A stretch of DNA of 57,305 nt, filler included, from Sphacelaria rigidula (taxonomy: Eukaryota): the NCBI GenBank assembly GCA_964200075.2. It is 8 parts of 8 records of this genome, joined end to end, with 100 filler letters (N's around TTAATTAATTAA, not from the genome) between each part and the next. Parts side by side here need not be neighbours in the genome. Positions count along the whole stretch, not along the records: positions 7,177 to 14,252 come from CAXNAA020016608.1; positions 14,353 to 21,428 come from CAXNAA020016609.1; positions 21,529 to 28,604 come from CAXNAA020016610.1; 5 more parts are not named here. One strand, written 5' to 3'. Under the pieces are notes generated by a model. It did no database searches. It worked only from the letters and a program-made list of their open reading frames with translations, and was not told where the DNA came from. This document shows, piece after piece, positions 11,563 through 24,321 of the stretch. Positions within the stretch are counted from its first letter, which is position 1, and each line of letters begins with the position of its first letter. The position numbers and the translations under genes were made by a program.

Positions 11563-12335
11563 GGATCCAGCCGTGGTCGCGAAGTGCGTACCAATTGGTA
11601 TGTTCGCACCAGCGTCATTTTCCAGTGCTTACGATGTTGTCTCTAGCTTATTATGTCGCGGTAAAAACGTCTGTCCAGGTGTCTCAAAATGAATTCAGCG
11701 AGCGGATGAGGGCCATCTCTGAAGACGTCCAAGTCAACACCCAGCGGATCATCTACGACGTTACAGACCCCCCAGACGCTCGACGCCGATACGAGGCCGA
11801 ATTCGGCTTCTGTAGGGCTACCCCGGAAGCGATTCAAATTGTGTCTTCATTGTCACCGTTGGTCGAGATTTGCGCAGGGAGAGGGCACTGGCAGCGTGCC
11901 TTATCGTCAGCGGGTGCTACAATCGTGGCGTACGACAACGGTGGTGGGGCTAGCCCTCATCCATACTCGGGGGACCTTGCACCCGTGGGGCACGTGCTCA
12001 AGGGGGAAGAGGGCGCCCTTCGACTCCACAGAGACAAAACGCTGCTGCTGGTACACCCGCCGTCGGGGAATATTGCCTCGCGGTGCCTGCAGATGTACGA
12101 GGGAGAGTACTTCGTGTACGTGGGGGAAGGAAGGGGCGGGGTCAATGCGAGCGATGCATTTTTTGATGAATTGGACGCAGAGTGGGAGCCGACAGTTATT
12201 TTAGAGTTGGATCCATTCCCACAGTGCTTCGAGCGTCTGTATGTGATGCGCCGGAAGCCTCGACGAGCGGCGACAGAGCCCGTTTCCACTGACAGAAAAG
12301 AAAAAAGTAGCGTAGCATCAGAAGCAAACCCCTGA
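11563..12335 (+). CDS. SAM-dependent methyltransferase-fold conserved protein, last two exons (11563-11597, 11679-12335); 5' exons not identified
   Basis: Motif-I-like LVEICAGRGHW...IVAYD, then TLLLVHPP and YVGEGRGG. Donor G|GTATGT at 11598 and acceptor ctgtccag| at 11678 keep the frame; TGA ends at 12335. Confidence 0.75.
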
Positions 12336-13659
12336 GATTTAGAAACCTATGCACACACGCAAGTCATGAACGGTTGAGACGGTTCGTTTTCTAGGAATAG
12401 CATGATGACTTGATCGTGTCCATTGTTGTAGTCGATATTCATAGCGGTAAGTTCGCGGGCGGGGTGGAGACTTGAACTCAAAACGAGCGCGCAGCTTCTC
12501 CTTTGAGTGGTTAACCTGAAACACCCGAGGAGGACACCAGTGAAGACGTTTTCTGCTAGTTACTGAAGTCATAGTAGAAGTAAGCACTACACACGATTAT
12601 GAAAAGTAGATCGTCGGCCTTGTCACCGATCCGACGAATGAACGTTGTACACCTACTACCCGTGTACTACGAACAGCAATCATCTAGCTGAAATGACCGA
12701 GGCGGGTTGTTTTCTACTGGCCGATATGCTTCGTTCACATGACCGAGGTGAGCCCATGTTAGGCGCAAGCAACATGAGCAACTCATTTTCAACGCAACGT
12801 GATGTGTGGAACAAAATCATGGTCATCGCAACCCTCCAATCACGGCGAGGTGTTTGCCTTGCGTCGGCACCACGCATGGGAGTCACGACAAGAGCTTTTT
12901 CTGTGGTGGTTCGGTCCTCATTCGCCCGTTCATTACCATGATGAAGCAGAACCGGACGATTGGCGAGTCGAGATTGTATGAAGAGACATTCCAGGTTCAG
13001 ACAGTACTTGTTTTGCAAGGTATGTCACGATACAATACGCAGCACAGGAGGAGTGTGGTCATCTTTCCTGCTGCATGTTTCTCCCTGTCGTCCTCTGTTG
13101 AAGCTGCTGCTATACTTTCTTTTACAAGGCGTCCGTACATACGAAGACCAGCGACAACGTGTGCCGTCCGTGCCTATCAGGCGCAATGCGTCAACCCCAT
13201 ACATGGAAGGTCTAACAATACGTTACCTCAATCGAATGGAGGCCGTTTAATTTTGATATCTTCGTCTCCGGTGTGGCTCAACTTATTGTCGAGGTGCAGT
13301 GTTCAGCTAATGAAATTCGTGAACTCGTTTGCGGCACAGTTGGTACTATCCATATTAGCTGGGCCAGCCTAGGAGTGGATATGTAGGTTGCAGGCCGATT
13401 CTCACCTCAATTTTGATAATTGAACCCACAAATTTGGCATGAAGAATCGCTAGGGCTTACCAAGAAGAAAAAAATGGGACATCGATATATATATATATAT
13501 TCGTTTCATGAGTTAAGATTGAGGTGAGAATTCCATAATTACAGCGCGGGCCAATCGAGATTTGGAACAGTTTTGGCCATTTCTACCTTTTTGTGGAGAA
13601 TTGCTAGGGCATGAATACATACAAATACTCAGGTATGGACATTTTCCCCATGAGTTTAG

Positions 13660-14052
13660 CCCCGCTCCTTATGGCGGAAAAGAATAAAAGTGTAGAAAAG
13701 TGCCTTTTGGAGCTTCTGCGTCGTTTTACGCCCTAGAAAAGGGCCTGGCGGATTTTGACACCTTGGAATACCTCGCTCTACTCGTTGAGACGGTTCCGGC
13801 ACACCTGTGCGTTTTCCGATGGCAGCGGTTTTTTCTTGCCCAAACTTGCATTTTTCTCGAGGACCACTCCTTTTTCTCGGAGGCCAGTCAAGTCGAGGAG
13901 AAAATCAGAGATTTGTCTGGACTTGACCTGTCTCCGAGAGAAAGGAGCGGTCTCCCACAAAAATGCGAGGTTCGCCAAACAGGAACTGCGGCCACCGGGA
14001 AAACACACAGGTGTGTTAGAACCGTCTTCACGAGTACCGCAAGGCATTCCAA
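13660..14052. mobile_element. Foldback MITE family, copy 2
   Basis: Same arms as 9655-10140 around a different centre. Confidence 0.75.
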
Positions 14053-14436
14053 GAAGGCCGCTCCTTGTTGTAGACAAAGAGGAAAATCTGGAAAAACACG
14101 TTTCAGGACAAGGGTCTGTCGAGAATATATTTCGGGACGGGTGGGCCCCAAGATAGACATATTCGAGTTTCTGATGGGAGCAATGCTACGGTAGGGGTGC
14201 ACTTTTTTCGCGAAATCTTGTCTGGTTCAGGGGCTCCTAACGATTCTAGACGNNNNNNNNNNNNNNNNNNNNNNNNNNNNNNNNNNNNNNNNNNNNTTAA
14301 TTAATTAANNNNNNNNNNNNNNNNNNNNNNNNNNNNNNNNNNNNNNNNNNNNGCGATGATCTAGCTTGAGATCACCACCCCCCCCCCCCCCCCAAACAAT
14401 CTTTAATTCATTAATATACACATACAGGTATATATA

Positions 14437-14810
14437 TGCCTTGCATCGACATCACAACACCCGGAATACACTCAAGCAGCCCGTAGCCGTCGTTCAAGCC
14501 ATCGCACGGTGCAAATGTCCTCGTTGCGGTCGAGAAACGCGCCTGCTGCTCAGTGCCAAAAATACCACTAACAGACCGCAGGTGGACATAAGCTATGTTC
14601 AAGTCTTATGTCCACCTCCAGTCGGTTGGAATATCTGTCCGCGCTCGTCCCATGTGCCTTGCATCGACACCACAGCACCTGATATACACTCACACAGTCC
14701 GTAGCCACCATTCAAGTTATCGCACGGTGCAAACGGCCGTGTAGCGGTCGAGAAACGCGCCTGCTGCACAGTGGCAATAAAGGTCGCCACCCGACTGGAG
14801 GTGGACATAC
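14437..14810. repeat. Direct duplication of a ~155-bp unit (14437-14592 and 14655-14810)
   Basis: tgccttgcatcgaca...atcgcacggtgcaaa...gcggtcgagaaacgcgcctgctgc...aggtggacata occurs twice, 218 bp apart. Confidence 0.85.
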
Positions 14811-15102
14811 GTTCCCCTTGATGAGGCGATTAGTTCGACAGGCGGATCACGGCCCAACTCGGCTGTGTCGATGAAATACTGCTCTGAGAGCTCAAATCCG
14901 TTTCTAGGCTGGCCCAGCTCGTATCAATCAGAAGGGCACAACTGATCCATCTTTCAAATGGAAACGTTACTCTCAATCCGATCTACTACTCTCAGTGTCA
15001 CGAAAAAATTGTCATCAGTGGATCCACACTAGAACTTTAAATGAACACAACACACGTCAGTGCTGACCGGATCGCAATGAACTGCAAGGCAGAAACCCAA
15101 GG

Positions 15103-18100
15103 TCACCAATACGGGTTAATTTCTAAACGAATCAGATTCGGCATTTGACGCAGTTTTTGGATCCCTGCCTCGCCCAGCGAAACGCGCTTCAATCGTAGAT
15201 GAACTAGGGCATGCAAATTCCTGGCGATGCACTCGACCAACTCGTCACTCATGCCTTGGTCTGCCCGCAGTCGCAATTGCAGATCAAGTCGCCGGAGGTT
15301 GGAGAGATGCTTCAGTGGTGGAATCACCACGTCCAAGAAGCACGGGCATCTGTCACGCCGCAACAGGTCTCCCAAACTAGGCAAGGGGCCAAAGCAGTTC
15401 ATGTCACGCAGCTCCAAGTGCTGCAAGGCAGACAACCTGCCGATGGCATTGAAGTCGCTAGGTTGTAGTTGGCTTGACCTTAGCTCCAACGAGGATAGCC
15501 TCTGGCACATATCCAGACCGTTCAACGCCACATCACCTGATTGCAATGGTGAGTATCGATTGGACGCGAGTAAATCCATGGCAGAATAGCAAATGGCGTA
15601 CGTAACGTAGGGGGTGAAATTTTGATGTTCGGGGAAGTGGGGCATTTAGTTCTTTCATTCGTGAGACTAAGTTCAACAACGACGTTTTCGTGAGATTGAG
15701 AGTAGAGCGCTGAGTGAGAGCCGCTTTGATCATTCGCTTTAACTTAGCCAATCTTTCATCCCGTGCGTGTTTTTCTTTGCCTCCAGAGCTGGCGTGTGCT
15801 TACGGCTGCACGTCTATATCCTACTCAGGGATATCAAGGACCTCATTGGCAAGCTACTTCAGAAAGCACTTTGAGCCTCGTAGAAGGGCATTTCGGAACT
15901 GCAACTATCCATTCACTACTTGGGCGCTTTTCACTCTCCATCGTACCGTCTACTCTAAATCTTACGAAAACATTGTTGTTCGTCGGTATGTCGCAATATC
16001 TTCAAGAACGAACGGCATGATCTTCCGGTCAGTCACGACAACACGCCACTGAGGTGGACGGCTGCCCGCGAGGGGCCATAAGTTTCGCTTCGACTGTACT
16101 TCACAGTGGAATCGAACCAACTGATCATTAACGCCGTCGGATCGGGCTGTTGCTGGAGATCTCGTTCAGCATACTGCCTTCCCGGCAAGGTTTATGCAAC
16201 TTTGGTTAGGTTTGGAATCTATTCGAGGTTGGATATCACGGTCACCATGGGTGGCGTCCACCCAACGTACAACGATGCATGAGACAACCATCAGACGACA
16301 ACGATCAATTCGTCCCCACTTGTCAATAATAGAAATTCATGTGTCTTGCGCTTGAGCAATCAACTTCTCTCCTGGTTCACTTCATATTCCGGCTTGGGTA
16401 AACGTCTACATGAAAATCCAAGACCAAGAGAAACCTGGCGGATGCACAAAAACAAGGTGTGAGTCACTCCCTCACGGAATGAAGACAATCCCACCCTTGT
16501 GCGCTATAAATACGCGTCAAGATCTCCGGCACTTGCCGCAAACTTCGATGCAGCCAACATGGAGCCGTTTGTCACTACCGAACATACGCAGGGGTGCTAC
16601 AGCACTACACAACCCCACACCCTAGATACCTGAATCGTAGAGCCGGAGCGTCTGCAGTTGCGGCATATGTGATACACCTGACAGGTCCATCGTGCCGCTT
16701 GCCCGGGAATCCGTCATGTGAAGGCTGGTTAACCTAACAAGACTAGACATAGTTTGAGTGTTCCTGAGCGTACTGCACCCTTCTAGACTCAGCTGCCGCA
16801 GTTGAGTCAGGGCCGCCAGGGCAACAAGGTCATATACATCATTGTAGCTCGCGCTCCGCAATTTCAGGGTGTGCAGAGATCTGAGTTTGGCGAGTTTGGA
16901 GAGCGCATCCAGACCACAGAGTTTATGATTCGCATCATTCAGCTCCAAGTGTTCCAAGGCAGACAACCTGCCGATGATGTTGAAGTCCCCAGGTCGTATT
17001 TTGGTCATCAGCTCTAGTAGGGACAGCTTCTGACAATTATCCAGACCATTCAGCGCCACTTCACCTGATTGCAATGGTGAACATCAATTGAACGCGAGTA
17101 AGTCCATCACATAAAATGGCAAACGGCGTGCGTGCCTTGGGGGCGAAATTTGGTCATTCGAGGAAGTGAGGTACTTAGTTTTTTCATTCGGGAGACTAAG
17201 CTCGTCGATATGTCGCAATCTCCTCAAGAACGAACGGTATGAACTTCCGGCTAGTCACCACAATAGGCCACTGAGGAATTGTAGACGCCTGCCTGCAGGG
17301 GGCCACAAGTTTCGCTTCAATTGCATCATTCTCAAGTGCAATTGAAACGACTCATCACTAAGCCCATCTGATCGGGCTGATACTAGTGATGTCCTACGTA
17401 TTGCGTTCCCGGCAAGGTTAATGGAACTTTTTCGAGGTTAGATATCACGTATTGCCGTGGGTGGCGTCCACCCAACGTACAACAACGCGTGAGACCACCA
17501 GCAAACGATAACAATTTTATTTGTGGAATAGATACAAGGGAATACCTGATTCTTTTAGAACAAAAAAAGGGCCGCGCACTTTTCGGTTCGGAGCGCGGCG
17601 CGGCACGCGGGGTGAGCACCTCAGTCCCACGCTTAACGTGCTTGGGCAGCATGCCCAACTTTCTTCATACACACGGCAACAGGTTCAACAATATGCGCAG
17701 AAAAGGAGAGCCCGTTCAACTACCTCACTTTGAGCACCTCACGTTGTCAACGTACCAGTAGGGTACACCCGGTTATCATCTTTCGCCAACTACGCCAGTC
17801 CCTGCACACACCTTTCAATGTGTGGGGGTCTTGAAATCAATACAAATCCGTACGTACTTGGACCTATTTGGGACTGTTCGGCATAGCCTCTGCGGAGCCC
17901 GCGAGAAGGTCATCATTAACCCTTTGGGAACCCAGTGCTGATTTTTGTTTTTGTAATCAGCGTTATTTTCCGTCATTTTCAAGTCAAAATAATGCCGATT
18001 CACAAAAAAACAACTCGACCCTGGGTTCTCAAAGGGTGAAACAAAAGAGGGTTCGTACGTGAGAACTACAGGTATGCACTTGAGCACTAAAGGGTACGCA

Positions 18101-19482
18101 TATGAACAAAAATGGGTACGGTGTACGATCTTCGGCACTTGCCATGTTTTTCGATGCAGCCGACGAAGCTGACGACGTAAAACAACGTCTCCGTTTCAAC
18201 TTGACCAGTTTTCCATTATGTGTGTGCTCTATTGTGTCTTAACACCGGCGTTTTCTTACAGCTACATCTCCATATCCTACTCAGGGATATTAACGGCTTC
18301 AGTGGCAACCTACTATAGAAAGCATATCGGGCCTCGTGGAGGGTCATTTCAGAACCAAAACGATGTATTCATTAATTGACCGCTTCTCACTCTCAATCGT
18401 ATCCTCTGTTCTCAATCTCACGGAAAACGCTGTTGTAGGCTGCGACTAATCGACAGCACATGCCATCCAACATTGCGGATCATACGCAGCGGTGCTATTG
18501 CACTACACCACACCCCTACACCCCGCATACCTGAATCGAAGAGCCGAAGCGTTCTCAGTTGCGGCATTTGTGATACACCCGACAGGTCCATCGTGCCGCT
18601 TGCCATGGAGTGCTTAATGTGCAAGCTGGTCAACCCAACTAGACTAGACAGCGCTTCAGTGTTCCTGAGCGTACTGCAACCTTCTAGGCTTAGCTGCCGC
18701 AGCTGAGTCAGGGCCGCCAGGTCGGCCATATCCACACCATTACGACTGACCGACAATCTCAGGGTGTGCAGCGATCCGAGTTTGGCGAGTTTAGCGATCG
18801 CTTCGCTAGCCAGACCGCAAGTGATCATGTTCATATCTAAATACGTCAAGTTGAGCAGTCGTATTATTGAGCGGAGATGTGGATCTTCGCCGAAGTCAAT
18901 GCTGTTCAGCGTCAGCTTCCGGATGCTGGTCGGAAGATTTGCCAGAACCGAAGCTGGTGCAGCGTGCTGGTACTGGTTGATTGAGCACAGAGACAGCGTT
19001 GTCAACACCGTTGTTGTGGTTGACAGCATCTCCACCACTGCGGTCCAATCTTCCTGCAAGCGTGGCCAGTTTCTCAGCAGAGGTTTTCCGCAGTTGCTGC
19101 GAGTAAAACGCACGTTCTCCACCTCGGCGCAGCAACGGTGATCCCAGAGTGCAACCAGCAGCGGATCAGCGTCACCATCGTACATCAGTTCAACATGCAA
19201 GCGCTTTGGGCGAAAAAGAAAACCGCGCCTTTTGACCCACTTTGTGGCACTATCTAGCGCCTGTTGAGATTCTAGACTGACAGTCAAGCTGGGCTGATGC
19301 CGCACCAGCTGTCCCCATGACCTGGACACAAGTGTGAAGGTGGAAAGCACCTGGGACTGCGAGAACAGCTCATGCGATGTCGCATATTTCATCACCTCCA
19401 GGAGGGCGCATTGACGAGCGTCAACCTGCGAAATAGTAGCAGCAGCAACAGTTGCGCCATGTAAGGTTGTTCGCCAGAACAT
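15103..19482 (-). CDS. F-box-like/leucine-rich-repeat protein, 3 exons (19482-18531, 17064-16630, 15536-15103), ~606 aa
   Basis: LxxLxLxx repeats in all three ORFs and an N-terminal LLEVMKY...TLVSRSWGQLV F-box-like motif. Donors GATTCAG|GTAT and acceptors ttgcaatcag|GTGA are all phase 1; exon lengths 952+435+434=1821 nt give an open frame. Confidence 0.85.
15674..15978. mobile_element. MITE in LRR intron 2
   Basis: ~30-bp TIR caacaacgacgttttcgtgagattgagagtaga versus tctactctaaatcttacgaaaacattgttg. Absent from the paralogous site in intron 1 (17191-17212). Related copy at ~18270-18435. Confidence 0.8.
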
Positions 19483-20205
19483 GCCACGAGAAGGGAAAAT
19501 GCGAAGGCATCAAATAGTAAGAAAAGCCAGAGTCAAAGCCGTATTTTGACGTAAGGAATAAAACGTACACGAGATTAAAAACAAATGCCGTCGGCACACC
19601 GAGGATAGTGGTGTCTCATCTGAAACTTCCACGGGTCGGGCGAATAAAACCAGCAGAGAGTGAGCTCTTAGGCAGCGACCCCCCCGCAGGTGGACTGAGA
19701 GGGACTACGCCACATTTGCGGTTCAGCACATCTCTTTTCTCGATGCGTAAATCCGTCTTTTTCCTCATCATGTAGGCCCTGGGCATCTATATAGAAAATA
19801 GTTCAGGAGAAATCCTGACCGGTTTTGACCGTGCAGTTAAGGGTGTACAGAGTCAGTATGTGTGCGATATGTCTCAGCTGGATACCACGGCAATGGTCAG
19901 TGTGCCATCGCTCTCCCTGAACACAAGTTACTGAATGCTGCTGATACCTCTGCTTCGTGTTCAACAACACTTAGGGCGGTGTAAAGCTGTGCTGGCAACA
20001 CATGAGGCAGCAAATAGGCGGCACAGACCTCAAGCAGATCCCAAAACAATTATTTGTGCCCATGTCATCTATGGTTGAACTGCCATGACCAAAATGAAAA
20101 TGCCAGTAGACATGGCTTTTTGCTAGCCTGTGACCACGGAAGGCGTCCGCATCAGATGCCCAGTACGAATGTACCGCGCAGATATCGGAACGGTTTTTTA
20201 ATGTG

Positions 20206-20238
20206 AAGACAACAACAACAACAACAACAACAACAACA
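20206..20238. repeat. (ACA)n microsatellite
   Basis: About 10 tandem ACA units. Confidence 0.95.
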
Positions 20239-21143
20239 GCGAAGTGTCCACCTGAACTTCACCTGTTGGGGAACTACGTGCTCATTTTGACGAATGTGAT
20301 GGGTCAGAATGGTCATTCAGCGCCTCTCGGACTTCGTTCCTGGCTTAGAATCTTCCGCAGCAATCTACTAAAAACACATGGTTGACTTGGTGAGCTTTTC
20401 GGCTGCTCTGCGGACAGGTAACTCCCCTCCGCAAATACCACCCCCGCGGCCACTGGAAACCCCCGCATGTCCCCGGGCTGTCAGCCTGTGAAACTGTTCC
20501 GAGGCGATGCTCGCTGTTGAAGGGTGGCACATTGGGGCAAGAAATATAAGTGGCAAGATTTTTCGACCTATCAGAGGCTTTCAATATACGAAAATGCGGC
20601 GACCCTTCACCGATCAGATGGGAGAAACGAGTGGTATTTTGAGTGGCAACATGCTGTTATTGGTCTACACATTGCGCGGCTGCGAGTCAGACAGCTGCTA
20701 TCATCAATCGCTGAGGGTACAACAGCTCCGTGCTGGCTCAGTTTGTTTGCTCAAACCTGCACGCGCCCGCCTTGCATGTCTTCTCTGATCACAGCACCCG
20801 ACTACAACTGAAGTACAAGAGAAGATCCAACAGACAGCTGCACAGCCTTCATGTAATCGTTTCAACTTGACGCACTTTGATCGCACCCCAATTCTGTGCA
20901 GATCGCAACACAGCATGTAGCAGTACGACTCTGTTGAGGCACTCTCCGGCGCACACTACACCATGCTTGTCGCAGAATGTTCAAGTGCACAACAGCACAG
21001 CTATGGGTGCGCCTGAACCCCGAAAATGGGTAAAAAGAGTGTCACCGACCAAAATCACGAACAGACATGAACAGACCGACTTTTGCGGCTCATCCAGGCT
21101 CGTGGGGTAAAATGCGCCTTACGTCCTCGGAAGAGAACGACAT

Positions 21144-21372
21144 AAGGGCCTGCCTTAGCACTTTTTTCTTCGATCGAGAAAATGGGGCGGCGGAATCGAT
21201 TTGAGCGATTTTTTCTCGTTTTGATGCAGTTGGGTCCAGATGAATTTTCAAGCTTTCGATCGAAAAAAGACAGTGGACTTCTTGAAACGGTACATGGTCA
21301 CTCGTGTACAGTACAGACAGGCTGTACTGTCTGCACTGCTTGCAACCAGGGTATCTTGAGTGCGTGTGTGCG
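21144..21372 (-). repeat. Interspersed repeat, homolog of 7177-7384
   Basis: Direct reverse-complement similarity. Confidence 0.75.
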
Positions 21373-21528
21373 TGTTTCGTGCAGGAGGATATAAAGGAGA
21401 AGCGGGCAACGTGCAGTGCAGACAGCCCNNNNNNNNNNNNNNNNNNNNNNNNNNNNNNNNNNNNNNNNNNNNTTAATTAATTAANNNNNNNNNNNNNNNN
21501 NNNNNNNNNNNNNNNNNNNNNNNNNNNN

Positions 21529-22534
21529 GATGAACGTGATCGTACCAAAGCTGGAATATGCAGGAGAAGTACGGTAGGGGAACGTGAAGTTGGTGGAGAG
21601 ATTAGAAACAGTACAGATGACAGCAGCCAAGAAGATACTTGGATGCTCGAAAACGACGAGTAGTACGGCATTGAGAGCAGAGTTGGGAGTGTACTCACTT
21701 AAAACAAACAGAAACATGAGGATATTGCGATGTCAATATAGCGTGAAGAACATGCAGAGAAAGGGACTGCCAGCTCTAGTTGATAGGGCTGTATGGAAGA
21801 AAAGTGCGAGAGGGCGGGCTGGAAGAAGGTGGGATAGAGAAGCGGACAGAGTATGGAAGGAGACAGGCGGAAACCAAGACGAAATACTGTCCATAGGTGA
21901 AGGCAGGGGGGTACAAGACAAAAGTAATAGACATGATAAAAATGAGGGGGAAAGGAGCGCTAACATGCAAAGTAGACGAGGAGTAACACCTGGAGATATA
22001 CGGGTGGTTGAGAGAGGGGATAGGGATGAAAGCATATTTGCATGGCCCAATGGACGCGGCGAAAAATATGAAATTGCGATTTCGGGTGGGGAACCTGCAC
22101 TTGCCAGAAAGAAGGAAGAAACTTACCAGTAGTCGAGAGGAGGAGGTAGTAGATGCACAGAGCTGCCCCTCTGGCAAAGCAATAGAGAGTAGAATCCATA
22201 GAGTGGCAGAACGTGAACTATACAAGGAAGAACGGGAGGTGCTAGAGGGGGAAATGCGGGACATGAACGAAGGTGTCATGAAATTGTTTGATGCATTAGA
22301 CAGTAGGGAGAAAACGATGGCTATGCTAGGAGATAGATGGTGGCCACAGATGGCGAAACAGGACGGGGATGATAAGATATTCAAAAGGTTTCGTGTAGAC
22401 AATGCAAGAAACGTGATAAGCATATGACTGTTGGAGGTGTCTCTATGAGGAGTAGGAACGGTGCTCCGTCTCGGAAGGGATACGTGGTCAATGGCCAAAC
22501 GACTAAGGCAAGCAACAACTGAGTGTGCCCCCCC
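21529..22534 (+). mobile_element. Decayed non-LTR retrotransposon (LINE), RT C-terminus to 3' end
   Basis: VIVPKLEYAGEV...AAKKILGCSKTTSSTALRAELG is the RT-thumb region. Degenerate CxC..H..C knuckle, stops and frameshifts; ends tgagtgtg(C)n. Confidence 0.88.
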
Positions 22535-22605
22535 ACGCTCCCCTGTCGTAGCTAGGCAACCAGGTTACCGTTTTTTTTGCGCGCTTGTATTATTTTGGCG
22601 GGAAC

Positions 22606-23264
22606 AACAGCCGATCATCAAAATTGAGGATGGTGCTTTTCATTGAGGACAGGTAAGCCTCAGAACGGCACGCGGAAAAGGCTCATATAAATATTTTTCC
22701 CCTGAAAATACTTCCCAACATGAAAGGAGCAGTAAAGCGAGATTCGATTTTTTAGGGTCCAAACACATCGCTCAAATGGTTGTCCCATCTATACGTGATG
22801 GTCGGGATCGGCTTTTATACAAATGCAGGTCAGGACCTGGATTTGAATTTCAAACAAGAAAAAGCACCTTTTTTTATTTGGTCTTTAGGTTTGACTCAGT
22901 ACAAATGCAACATTGTTTTTAGCGGTCGATTTTAAATCAAAATAGTAATAACAGTTATGATCAGCGGTGAGTTGGGTTATAAGAAATGGTGAAGAGGGCT
23001 CACGCCGGCTTTTGAGTTTCGGGCGGTGCGTCGGATCAAAATAAAGCCGAGACGGCTTCAGGACACCTCTGCGTCACTGGTGGCCCAAGTTTTTGCTTTG
23101 CCGAACTCGCATTTTTGTCCGAGAACGGTCAAGCCCAAAATAAGCTGCCAGTTTTATCCAGACTCGACTGTTAGGGAAAATATATGGGCACTTTCCGTGC
23201 GCCGTTCGGGGGCTTCTTCATCCTCAACGAAAAGCTCCATCTTCGATTTTGATGATCGGCTGTT
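22606..23264. mobile_element. TIR non-autonomous DNA element
   Basis: ~44-bp TIRs aacagccgatcatcaaaattgaggatgg..ttttcattgagga / tcctcaacgaaaa..ccatcttcgattttgatgatcggctgtt. The same end occurs at ~47140-47182. Confidence 0.75.
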
Positions 23265-23349
23265 TAACCATGATGGTGGTCGAGCTAGAACATATTGCGC
23301 GAGGTGGGAGAGCCTACATTCGGCGCAAAGGACATGATCGTACTACGTA

Positions 23350-23664
23350 GTGTGTAAATGGTGAGACAACGATGGGACAGTGTGTAACCCATGGCTCTCT
23401 ATGGAAGTGGTGATACCAGGAAATAGAGTAACTCGCTGTTGGCCGCCATCCATATGCAAGATAGTACGCTTCGGGCCGGACAATCTTAGCAGGATGTAGC
23501 TCACCCTTCATGCGACTCGCCGGACACCTAATGACGCTTCGCGCTTGGTGATTGATGGCGAGCCTGGTTGGGCAAAAGCCCGGCGTGCTTCGTCCCAGCT
23601 TTGTAGGGATGCGAGGTGAATGAATGGTCGAATGACTACGGCATGTAAGATCATGAGTACACTC
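23350..23664 (+). mobile_element. SINE-like family ending GATCATGAGTACAC(C)n
   Basis: Homologous copies at 33680-33962(-), 36915-37027(-), 37603-37710(-), 37737-38060(-), 38255-38320(-), 31148-31185(+) and 53673-53780(+). Confidence 0.75.
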
Positions 23665-23696
23665 TACCGGAGCATGACTCTTTTTCACAGTTGGAG

Positions 23697-24321
23697 CAGG
23701 GGTCTGCGGGAAAAGATATCGGGACACGTAGGCCCTAAGATCGAAAAAATGAGTTATTGAGGGGTGGGCGGGGGTGTACCCAGCCTTCTGTCCCCTACTT
23801 TATTGCCGAGGCGTTGGTGGATGCGGTCAGCTGCCGTGTACAGAGATACTTGGCATCCGTGTACAGAGATCCTTGGCATGGATACCGCTGAGATGGCGGG
23901 CACGCCGCCCTCCCCAAGCTCATCACTTACCATGATTACATTTATGGGATCATGCTTCGTGTCGTGTGCCTCAAGTACCTACGAGTAGTCCCGGTAACTT
24001 CGGCGAGGCGTGAGATGCTGCTGCTACTTTGGCTACAGGCTGTCGCTACCATGCGCTCGTGTACATATATGTGCGTGAGCGTGGCCGGCATCGGGGAGTA
24101 TCGAGACAGAGCGGGCAAGGAGCAGAAGCAAATATGCGAACTCCGCAAAGCCCACCAGACTTTGCGTTTTCTGTCAATTTTTATTGATGAATTTCTTGCA
24201 ACAATATTTGACAGAAAGAAAAGAAAAAATCATGACAATTTTCGAAAAAATGCCCTCCGAGAGAGGGTGGGGGGGATGGGGGGAGTTCCGTGTCCGAAAA
24301 TCTTCTCCGCGCAGACCCCTG
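23697..24321. mobile_element. hAT-like MITE
   Basis: TIR caggggtctgcgggaaaagatatcgggacacg versus cgtgtccgaaaatcttctccgcgcagacccctg, with degenerate flanking direct repeats gttggag/gttgaag. Confidence 0.72.

Noticed and set aside
7177..21372. Inverted repeats apparently bounding a 14-kb giant transposon
   Set aside because: The two copies lie on different contigs separated by a spacer.
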